A stretch of 43,982 nt of DNA from a virus (lineage: Duplodnaviria > Caudoviricetes): positions 1-43,982 of IMG/VR virus record IMGVR_UViG_3300032233_000914; one strand, given 5' to 3'. Positions 29,662 to 37,247 of this stretch are shown here, in pieces. The stretch's first letter is position 1. Each line of letters opens with the position of its first letter. A model generated the notes under the pieces. That model did not search any database. It was given only the letters and a program-made list of their open reading frames with translations, and was not told the origin of the DNA. The translations under genes and the position numbers were made by a program.

Positions 29662-30096
29662 TCAGAACGGATCTTCTTCGACCACAGTCGCATTGAAAGC
29701 AGCAGAAGCCGCAACAATACTAGGTGAACTAGAACCTGAACCGTTTTTATCGGTCTTAGTTACAACAGCAGTAGCCCAACGCAACGATGGCCCGATCTCA
29801 TCAAGAACAAGATCGTAAGACGTACGCTTGTTACCTTCTTTGTCAACCCAATCCTTCTGCTCCATACGACCAGTAGCAACAACACGCATACCCTTAGTCA
29901 TAGTGGCTGCAAGATTCTCAGCAAGTTCACGCCAAGCAGTAAAGTTAAAGTAACTTGTCTGCTCTTGCCACTCACCATTTACCTGGTACCGGCGATTAGA
30001 AGCAATACTTCCACTCACCATTGCAGTACCACTCTGCGTATAACGCAACTCAGGATCACCTGTAAGGTTACCTACAACATTAATGCTATTACTCAT
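29662..30096 (-). CDS. ssb: Single-stranded DNA-binding protein, actinobacterial type
   Basis: 'GNLTGDPELRYT', 'WRELAEN', 'EIGPSLRWATA', and an acidic EEDPF tail. Confidence 0.95.
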   Translation of the reverse strand: MSNSINVVGNLTGDPELRYTQSGTAMVSGSIASNRRYQVNGEWQEQTSYFNFTAWRELAENLAATMTKGMRVVATGRMEQKDWVDKEGNKRTSYDLVLDEIGPSLRWATAVVTKTDKNGSGSSSPSIVAASAAFNATVVEEDPF

Positions 30097-30295
30097 GTGC
30101 TATCTCCATATCTTCTAGCGGGATACCATATCCCACTTGTGCTTGTGTATAAAACGCATCAGCGTTAAACTTTTTGTACTCACTAAACGTATCGGCCAAC
30201 ATATATGCAAGCCGATCAATCATTCGTAACTGCGTGACACTAGAGGCATAACCCCTAGCGTCACGCAATGTACGAGCAACATCTGAATAAATCAA
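30089..30295 (-). CDS. Hypothetical protein
   Basis: Coupled ORF with a 'KFNADAF' motif. Confidence 0.6.
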   Translation of the reverse strand: MIYSDVARTLRDARGYASSVTQLRMIDRLAYMLADTFSEYKKFNADAFYTQAQVGYGIPLEDMEIAHE

Positions 30296-30759
30296 ACTGT
30301 CTCTTTATCTGGCAAGAAACAATGTGCCTTACGCATAACCTCATCGTAAAGAAACTCGTCATACGTTGAGGCATCCCATTCAGCAACCTGCTTAAGGTCT
30401 AAGTAACCAAGATGAACATTCACAATTGGTGCATCATTAAACATGCCAAAGTAAACCTCGGCAACAATTGTTTCACCGAATCCATGACGAACAACAAGTT
30501 CGCCACCAGTGTAATCAGCAATCTTGAAATCAAGAATCTCATTCCAATAAGTAAGCAAATCATTTCGTTCATCTAGAGCATACGCCCATGATGAAGGTGT
30601 CTGCACTTGTAAAGTGACACCAGATGCACCGTTATAACTATCAGCAAAAGATATACTTGCTTTCTGCCATAGCGCAACAGCATCATCGATCTGTTCCGCT
30701 ACCGCATCAGCAACAATCCGACGGCTCATATTGTTTGGTTTAGTATATTTCTTTGTCAT
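30292..30759 (-). CDS. Hypothetical early protein
   Basis: GGAGG RBS, 155 aa. Confidence 0.7.
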   Translation of the reverse strand: MTKKYTKPNNMSRRIVADAVAEQIDDAVALWQKASISFADSYNGASGVTLQVQTPSSWAYALDERNDLLTYWNEILDFKIADYTGGELVVRHGFGETIVAEVYFGMFNDAPIVNVHLGYLDLKQVAEWDASTYDEFLYDEVMRKAHCFLPDKETV

Positions 30760-30768
30760 TATGCCCTC

Positions 30769-31242
30769 CTAGGCTTCTTCAATATCATGGTCTTGATATT
30801 CAATATCGTCGTAATCACCACGAATTGAACATTCGAAATCACTGAGATCCATCTCTGCAGCTTTATCATTCGCTTCATCAATGTTACTAGCACTAATTTG
30901 TTGACTAACTTTCAAAATGAAAGTAGCACTAACTACATACTTCTGTTCGCGTTCTGGTAACTGTTGAACTAAACGCCCATTCAACTGGTTAACAAATTTA
31001 TCGTAGTCATTACACCAATCACGTTTATTTGCTTCTTCTATTAAAGCTTCACCAATAAAACGAACATCTTGTTTGTGACGTTCAAGATTACTGATTGTAA
31101 TCGTATGATAATACTTACGCTCACCATCAACACGAAGCAACTCGTCCTTCAACTCCTGAACAAACTCACTGTACCAGCGAGTCTGATCAGACCAAGTATC
31201 TAATGCATCGGGCAATGTACGGCTTAATAACTCTTCATTCAT
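30769..31242 (-). CDS. Hypothetical acidic early protein
   Basis: Coupled ORF with GGAGG RBS. Confidence 0.7.
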   Translation of the reverse strand: MNEELLSRTLPDALDTWSDQTRWYSEFVQELKDELLRVDGERKYYHTITISNLERHKQDVRFIGEALIEEANKRDWCNDYDKFVNQLNGRLVQQLPEREQKYVVSATFILKVSQQISASNIDEANDKAAEMDLSDFECSIRGDYDDIEYQDHDIEEA

Positions 31243-31712
31243 TCTGGATTTCCTCCTACTAGTTTGCCTTCTAAAAGACTTTGTGTATAAACAAACGCAA
31301 CTTGAGCAATAGCATCAGCTAAGGCGCCGGCACCAGGATCATTCATAATCTCAAATTCATCAGTGTCTTGCCAAGCAACAGCACAATGACACACACCTTT
31401 ATTCATCTGAATATATAAACGCATACGACGCGCATTAGGGTGCAAACTAGGCCGTTCACCAGTGTCGTCATTAGGTGCAGCCCAACCATGCATAGTTAGC
31501 ATAGACACACCATCCATACCGTGATAAACAAACGGTTCAATAAGGTCATACGGTGAAGGATCTTCAGCCGCAACTACCCATGTGCCATTAATACGTGTGA
31601 ACACAATTGCATCATGATTCCAACCGTGCTCATGATCATACACAGGATAAAACTCTGCGAAAATATCTTTTACTGATTCTATAGTTTTCATAACCCCTCC
31701 AGGCTTACTCAT
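31239..31712 (-). CDS. Hypothetical early protein
   Basis: 'GWAAP...RPSLHPNARRMRL...GALADA' pattern. Confidence 0.7.
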   Translation of the reverse strand: MSKPGGVMKTIESVKDIFAEFYPVYDHEHGWNHDAIVFTRINGTWVVAAEDPSPYDLIEPFVYHGMDGVSMLTMHGWAAPNDDTGERPSLHPNARRMRLYIQMNKGVCHCAVAWQDTDEFEIMNDPGAGALADAIAQVAFVYTQSLLEGKLVGGNPE

Positions 31713-32098
31713 TTGATATAACCAACAACACTCTTATAACTACTAGCATTAACTTGCTCAGCATCACTCATCTGAAGAAGAGTAATAGCATTCTCAATTT
31801 CTTTTAATTCATGTGGATGAACCCACACAGTATCAATCATTTTTGGATACTTAATCATGTTACGAGGAACTTTAAAAGTAGCTTCTATAACTGGTTCTGA
31901 ACACCAAACACGTGTTTGAATACTATGAAGCACAAGCTTTTGTGTATAAACAAACTCCAACAATTTCTTTTCGTACGCTTCAACAGCTGACTCATTCAAT
32001 TGTTTAATGTTGTCATTAGCAATTTGCAAATCTTTACGCTCTTGTAACGCATCTTTCAACGCTTCAATTAACTTTAAACGATTAACTTTAATATTCAT
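31709..32098 (-). CDS. Hypothetical early protein
   Basis: Start moved to MNIKVNR (GGAG RBS); C-terminal 'EIENAITLLQMSD'. Confidence 0.7.
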   Translation of the reverse strand: MNIKVNRLKLIEALKDALQERKDLQIANDNIKQLNESAVEAYEKKLLEFVYTQKLVLHSIQTRVWCSEPVIEATFKVPRNMIKYPKMIDTVWVHPHELKEIENAITLLQMSDAEQVNASSYKSVVGYIK

Positions 32099-32378
32099 CT
32101 CTGATTCTCCAATCATCATCCTCATCGGACTCTTCATCGTCATGCTGTTTGGCATTAAACGTTTCTTCCCAGCAATCTTCGTGATAGCCAAGCTTTATCA
32201 TCTCTCGTTGAGCCGGAGTCAAGTTAGGCCAAACATTCTGAATCAAATGACCAGAATCCCAGATCCTATACAACTCAGCACAAACAAGAACAAAACTTTT
32301 TTCCTTACAGATATAACACACACGTGTCAACTGATAAGTTTCTTTAGCACCCTGAGATAGATCAACTAGATCGGTCAT
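32088..32378 (-). CDS. Small metal-binding protein with an acidic tail
   Basis: CxxC and HxxC. Confidence 0.65.
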   Translation of the reverse strand: MTDLVDLSQGAKETYQLTRVCYICKEKSFVLVCAELYRIWDSGHLIQNVWPNLTPAQREMIKLGYHEDCWEETFNAKQHDDEESDEDDDWRIRDEY

Positions 32379-32593
32379 ACCAACTCCATTTCTGGATGAA
32401 CTTCACAGCCGCATCCATCGCAAATAATCATGTGTCTAACAGGGACATGCATCTCATCCCAACCATAAATACCCAACAATTGAGCACTATCGTTATATTC
32501 ATTCCAACAATTTGGACAATATTCAAAAAACTCTTTATCCAAACTGTCCTCATCCGTATATGAAACAAACGAAACAACATATTTAGAATTCAT
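32375..32593 (-). CDS. Small zinc-finger-like protein
   Basis: CPNC and CDGC; GAGGAG RBS. Confidence 0.6.
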   Translation of the reverse strand: MNSKYVVSFVSYTDEDSLDKEFFEYCPNCWNEYNDSAQLLGIYGWDEMHVPVRHMIICDGCGCEVHPEMELV

Positions 32594-32601
32594 AACACTC
32601 C

Positions 32602-32862
32602 TCACCAAAACGGTTGATCCTGCATAGCTACTTTGACAACCTCAACAGGATTTGGGAATGACTCATCACCGTGATACTGGTAATTAATAACACCAATCTC
32701 ACGATTTAAATCATCAATTTTACGCCACAAAGCACGAGTCCATCGAGCTTTACGACTAAACGGATTCCAACTGATCTCATCATTCTCTTCAATCTGACGT
32801 TCAAAGAAACTGATTTCAGTATTAATAAGCATCAACAAATTTAGATATTCTTTCTGATTCAT
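32602..32862 (-). CDS. Hypothetical protein, first gene of the second early operon
   Basis: ATG at 32862 preceded by GGAGG. Confidence 0.65.
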   Translation of the reverse strand: MNQKEYLNLLMLINTEISFFERQIEENDEISWNPFSRKARWTRALWRKIDDLNREIGVINYQYHGDESFPNPVEVVKVAMQDQPFW

Positions 32863-32904
32863 AACAACCTCCAAGTAGTAGTAAAAAATATGACAACGCA
32901 ACTA

Positions 32905-33035
32905 TTTATGTGCCTGACGCGAGCCATTAGTCCCTAGGTAGAAACGTGATAGTGATGCGGCCGGGGCCGATTCGTTCGAGAGCTGGCTTGCCAGCGGTAG
33001 CGTCGTGCGGGGGCGCAACCCCGCTCTGGCATTTT
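32905..33035 (+). promoter_or_regulatory. Small GC-rich multi-hairpin element upstream of the second early operon
   Basis: TGCC/GGCA, GACGC/GCGTC, CGGCC/GGCCG, GCTGG-CTTG-CCAGC and GCGGGG/CCCCGC stems. Confidence 0.55.
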
Positions 33036-33041
33036 TGGCTG

Positions 33042-33088
33042 AAAAAAAAAGAGAGGTAGGCTGGTGGTGGCTTTCGCCACCACCAGCC
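33042..33088 (-). terminator. Intrinsic terminator of the first early operon
   Basis: 13-bp perfect stem GGCTGGTGGTGGC-GAAA-GCCACCACCAGCC, followed on the - strand by a pyrimidine run and T9, directly after the stop at 33098. Confidence 0.85.
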
Positions 33089-33097
33089 TTTACTGAC

Positions 33098-34141
33098 TCA
33101 GAAGTCAGGTAGAGCAGGAACACCTGCTTTAGCCAACTCCTTTTCCTGCTCCTCATAGAGACGAGCCTCACGCTCATCAGCCGATTCTTCTAATCGCTGT
33201 GACTCCATTGAGTGACGGTAAAGAACCGACAACGCCTTGGCGATATCAGCCATCGTCTGTTGCGCTTCCTCTAAGTAGACGAAACCTTTGTACCACGAGT
33301 CAACATGACCCGCTGAAATTCGGTCAAAGTCAATGAAACTCATACCTTCGTACTTCGTTCCTTCACCACCAGCTCGAGTCGGCAAAGTGACTTTTTCACC
33401 ATTGAACTTGACGAACTCCGACTTGACCCGCATGATGGCGTAATTCCAACCATACTTGGCGTTCGTGTAACTGCCACCTGGTACTTCTACACACACTAGG
33501 TAGTCACAATCCGTAGACATAACACCATCGCTAGTCAATGGCAACCAGAACTTTGAGTACGCAACCGACTCAAACTCAACCAAAGACTTGCGTACTGGCC
33601 GACGCTTCTCAGAACCATCGTCGTTGATGATCGTTGACCAATGTGAAATTTGAGCCAACTGGATCATCGCCGACTTGGCTTTGAACATTTGATTTTTGAG
33701 TTGTGCAGGCGTGTAAGTACCACGTGATGAGAGAATTCGTTCACACAGTGACTCAACTGTAATGACTTGAGTTGTCTGCGCTTTGACAACGATCTCCAAC
33801 GCTTCCTCCACAGCCTCTAAACCACGATTTCGGCTGACAGGCTTTTCCTTGATGGTATTACCACTTTCTTTAGCTTCATCGCTAGTTTGCTCGATGACAA
33901 CTTCGGTAACTTCCTGAACTTTCTGACTCGCCTTCATGAATTCCTCCATAGGGATGTAAGTGATTTCACCAGTTGTGAAATCAACATTGACGTAACTGAG
34001 CAACGACTTCTCATCAAGAATCAACTGACCCGATGCAATCCCACGCTTCATCAGCGATTCCGAACGCTTCGCATTAGTGACTCTCGTTTCAACCATTTCA
34101 ACTAACTCGTCAATGGTCAATTTGATTTCTTTACGCTTCAT
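33098..34141 (-). CDS. Hypothetical early protein (347 aa)
   Basis: Long ORF with GGAGG RBS; no recognised motif; ends in LPDF. Confidence 0.8.
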   Translation of the reverse strand: MKRKEIKLTIDELVEMVETRVTNAKRSESLMKRGIASGQLILDEKSLLSYVNVDFTTGEITYIPMEEFMKASQKVQEVTEVVIEQTSDEAKESGNTIKEKPVSRNRGLEAVEEALEIVVKAQTTQVITVESLCERILSSRGTYTPAQLKNQMFKAKSAMIQLAQISHWSTIINDDGSEKRRPVRKSLVEFESVAYSKFWLPLTSDGVMSTDCDYLVCVEVPGGSYTNAKYGWNYAIMRVKSEFVKFNGEKVTLPTRAGGEGTKYEGMSFIDFDRISAGHVDSWYKGFVYLEEAQQTMADIAKALSVLYRHSMESQRLEESADEREARLYEEQEKELAKAGVPALPDF

Positions 34142-34401
34142 AGCAATTTTCCTCCGTGATTGACTTGAATGGTGATTGTGAGGGGGATTCCTCGGGTTGT
34201 CATACGATTCTCAACGGTCACGACTTGGAGACCGTTAGGAAAAACTTTGATGATGGTTACAGGCACAACCTTCGCTGTGCCAGTAACACCTACATCAACA
34301 ACATCTAACTTATCCATTACAACCTGTTCAGCACTAGGTTCTACTAAACCCAACTGACTCATTTTGTAACCGATGTAGTCAATATTCGGTAATTCGTTCA
34401 T
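34138..34401 (-). CDS. Hypothetical early protein
   Basis: GGAGG RBS, TGATG coupling. Confidence 0.7.
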   Translation of the reverse strand: MNELPNIDYIGYKMSQLGLVEPSAEQVVMDKLDVVDVGVTGTAKVVPVTIIKVFPNGLQVVTVENRMTTRGIPLTITIQVNHGGKLL

Positions 34402-34580
34402 CAGATCTCCTCCAATTCTATATAGTTAGTGTTGTCATCGTCTGTATGCTCGGCATAATGGGCGATCATATCTTTTAGAACATCCCAAATGTCTGTATAC
34501 AATTCAACTGTAGTTAGTCGGTGATTTGTGAAATCACCGACTAAATCAACAATCCGTCTGTGTGCCATAACCTTGTTCAT
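34401..34580 (-). CDS. Hypothetical early protein, 59 aa (absent from the ORF track)
   Basis: MNKVMAHRRIVDLVGDFTNHRLTTVELYTDIWDVLKDMIAHYAEHTDDDNTNYIELEEI; TGATG coupling at both ends. Confidence 0.7.
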   Translation of the reverse strand: MNKVMAHRRIVDLVGDFTNHRLTTVELYTDIWDVLKDMIAHYAEHTDDDNTNYIELEEI

Positions 34581-34861
34581 CAGAACGCTCCATCTTCGTC
34601 AATAGGGAAACAACGGATTGAACCACACTGTTCGTCACCACGGTGAAAACAATGAATCATAACTACTTCCTTAAAATACGGTTGAATCATCGCTAGTGCT
34701 GAATAACCACACATTGTCGCAGTGAAACTGTCGTAAGGACTGTCAAAACTGAACATCCAAGTAAACGCTTCACAGAACGGTTGCTCGTCAACCGTTCCGT
34801 ATACAGATTTGAATTCCTCAGGGGTGTAATCCCTGAGGTGGTCAACTGATTTGAACTTCAT
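34580..34861 (-). CDS. Hypothetical protein, first gene of the leftward arm
   Basis: GAGGAG RBS immediately beside the structured island. Confidence 0.7.
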   Translation of the reverse strand: MKFKSVDHLRDYTPEEFKSVYGTVDEQPFCEAFTWMFSFDSPYDSFTATMCGYSALAMIQPYFKEVVMIHCFHRGDEQCGSIRCFPIDEDGAF

Positions 34862-36026
34862 TTCTTTCTCCTCTCAAGCGGGAAGTCGGAACGACTTCCT
34901 CGCTCCGCAGGAAGGAGCAAACCCCTCCTCGGAAAAACTGAGGGCGACAACGGACGTAGAAATTTTTGGGTGATAGTGAATGAGGTCGTATCTGTCGTTT
35001 GTTATGTACGACCCTAAATAGCACCCAAAAATTTTGTGAGGCGGTCGAAAAAGGTTTTTTGGCATGGCCAAAGATCTAGAGCAAACGCCGCCCTTGCGTT
35101 TGCCTTGAGCGACGCCGTGGTCAAAAGCCTTTTTTGATCAACGACTGATCTCGTGGGCGGGGAAGTTATTTTCTTTTTACTGGAACTTCCTCGCCCACGT
35201 AGCCGTAACGCACAGTTTTTCAGGGGTTTGTGGGAGTGCGGTACGGGTTGCGCCGTAGCGCAACCCACCGATAGATTTTTTGACCGAGGATTTTTTTCGC
35301 AATCTTTTCCGCGAAAAAATAAATATTATCGGTCCTGCCTATGCGAGGAAACTTTAAAAAATCTTTACTTTCCCCTGCGGTGGTTTTCCGCTGGGGAAAG
35401 GGCGGTGGGCAGACGCCCGTGGCACCGCTACCCATCTTTTTCGAAAGTGCGGTTCTTTCGGAAAAGGGGCGATTTTGGGTGCGCATGAAAATCTTCTCTT
35501 ATGTCCTCAGGGATTTTCCGCGCACCCGAAAATCGTGGGGTGCTGAAGTTAGAGTCTGAAGGGCGGTCGGGCTAGCCCGACCCTTTCCCGACAGGGGAGG
35601 GAAAGGCGCAAATGATTCGCTTGCGAATCTGGAGAATAGGCGCTTGCGCCTTCCAAATTGCGCGCCCTGATTCTGCCGTTACTTTCGGATTGAGACGTTC
35701 TAGAGGCAATGCCCGTAGGCATTTGGAGGCTTCCGGGGGCGAGTGTTTTCTATGTTATGTTCGTCCTCGGGAGCCTCCAAACCATCAGTTGCCCTTGAGC
35801 GTCCCGAAAGTTTGGGGGTCACCACCCACGATTGAGAGAGGGTCTCAAAGGGTCAGGCCCGCGCAGCACCACCGACTGCCCTCTCCGTGGGAGGGGGGAC
35901 CCGAATCCCATCGCCCTGCATCCCTAAATATGTCGTGGCGCCCTAGCGCCCTGCGTTTTAGAACTCGCTTGCGAGAAGCCCTAGCGTGAAACGCTGTCGG
36001 CTCGAAGAGCTGACAAGCCCTTGTCC

Positions 36027-36407
36027 CTTGACCTTGCGCGCCCTTGATCTTTGCTCTTGACCTTTTGCCCGAGGAGGGAGAGCGCCCTTCTCTCCCGAGT
36101 CGGGACCTCGGGTTGTTAAGGGGGAGAGGACTCCCCCTTAAGGTCTGCCGAGGGAGCCGTTAGGCGAGCGAGGATAGGAGGTGGAGCGAAGCGACACTGA
36201 CAAGCGCCCTTGACCTTGGCGATGACCTGAGTAGGCGAAGCATGACGGCGACGAAGGAGCCGAATGCTGAAGGCTACGATGGCGAGCCGTGCCCTTGACC
36301 TTGACCTTCCGCGCCGAGCGAAGCGAGGCTGTACTTGACCTTGACCCCCGCAAGGGGGTCTAGCCGAGTCCCGAGCGAAGCGAGTGGTCGGCGTTTCTCT
36401 TGACCTT
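36027..36407 (+). repeat. Dispersed CTTGA(C/T)CTT-type short repeats (9 units)
   Basis: CTTGAY starts at 36027, 36043, 36056, 36209, 36294, 36300, 36334, 36340 and 36399. Confidence 0.85.
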
Positions 36408-36592
36408 AAGCCATTCGGAAGGCAAGTGCCCTTCTTGCCTGATGAATGGGCGGGGCGTTTCAGAGGGGGTCGCCACCCCCTCTGAGGTCTGGTGGTTGCT
36501 AGTGAGCCGTTAGGCGAGCGAAGGAAAACCCTGCGAGCGCAGCGAGCAAAAGCAGAGCGCAAGCGAGCGACAAACCAGCGAACGCAGTGAGC
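36154..36592 (+). repeat. Array of eight GA-stem-G(N)1-2A-stem-GA mini-hairpins
   Basis: GAGCGAAGCGA x3, GAGCCGTTAGGCGA x2, GAGCGCAGCGA, GAGCGCAAGCGA and GAACGCAGTGA. Confidence 0.85.
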
Positions 36593-37238
36593 CACTAAGC
36601 GACCAAAGGGAGCGCAATCCTTAGGGTACACACACCACACACACAAGCGTACAGAACAATAATGAAGCAAAGATAACAACCCTGCTCACACACCACCAAC
36701 CCACAGTCATGTGCTGTGTGATGCTGGTACGGTGGCAAGAGAGCATCGTTTGACCTGTGTTTTTGCGACCAGAGTCGCCAGTCTCGTGAAAGAAAGTCAA
36801 ACCGCTGGTGATCGCGCCTCTACCAAGCGCCCTTCTTGGTGGGCGCAGATCACCGATTCTGTATAATCAGATGTGCCAGCACCCCCATCGTATATATATC
36901 GTCCTGTCTATTTTATTATTTCTGTGACAGTGACATTGTTTCACTATTTAAAGACGGGTGACTCTAGTGTCAGGATATCCCCCCACCGTTTCAACATATC
37001 TGTTGTGGTGGCCGGAGATTGCAGGACGGAGAACCAGATTCATTTGTGACGTTTGGACGCTGCTCCCTCGCATCAAGTGCGAAGGTCTACCCACCTTTCG
37101 GTGTGTCATCCTCTGTCCCCGTGCAAGGGGGCGGGTCTGTTAGAAGCCTCTTCTGCTTCTTGTCGGTGATCAGTTGTGAGCGTTAGCTGTGGGGTCTGTC
37201 TGAAAAAAATTTTCTTTAGAGACGCTTCCTATGGGAGA

Positions 37239-37247
37239 TGGTATCAT
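37239..37247 (+). promoter_or_regulatory. Putative extended -10 promoter giving a leaderless mRNA
   Basis: TG-G-TATCAT, with 6 nt between it and the ATG at 37254. Confidence 0.5.

Noticed and set aside
41-33887. Numerous short antisense or alternate-frame ORFs nested in long genes (e.g. 41..505, 511..831, 26726..27145, 32902..33177)
   Set aside because: Shadow ORFs of biased-codon genes or spanning a terminator; no RBS or recognisable motifs.
32998-35987. TAGCGT (CS-6 of rolling-circle ssoA) at 32998 and 35982
   Set aside because: A 6-mer is expected several times by chance and also occurs in coding sequence (about 2060). Suggestive only, so not used as evidence.
36439-36445. CTGATGA hammerhead ribozyme core
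   Set aside because: No stem II followed by GAAA downstream, and the bases are used in another stem.
36017-36600. CRISPR-like array
   Set aside because: Repeats are 6-18 bp and irregularly spaced. The Cas4-like gene is a stand-alone phage exonuclease and no other cas genes are present.
34842-37143. Track ORFs inside the structured island (e.g. 35153..35488, 35612..35989, 36116..36679, 36958..37143)
   Set aside because: Arg/Pro/Ser-rich translations with no RBS or coupling, overlapping on both strands; expected by chance in GC-rich palindromic DNA.
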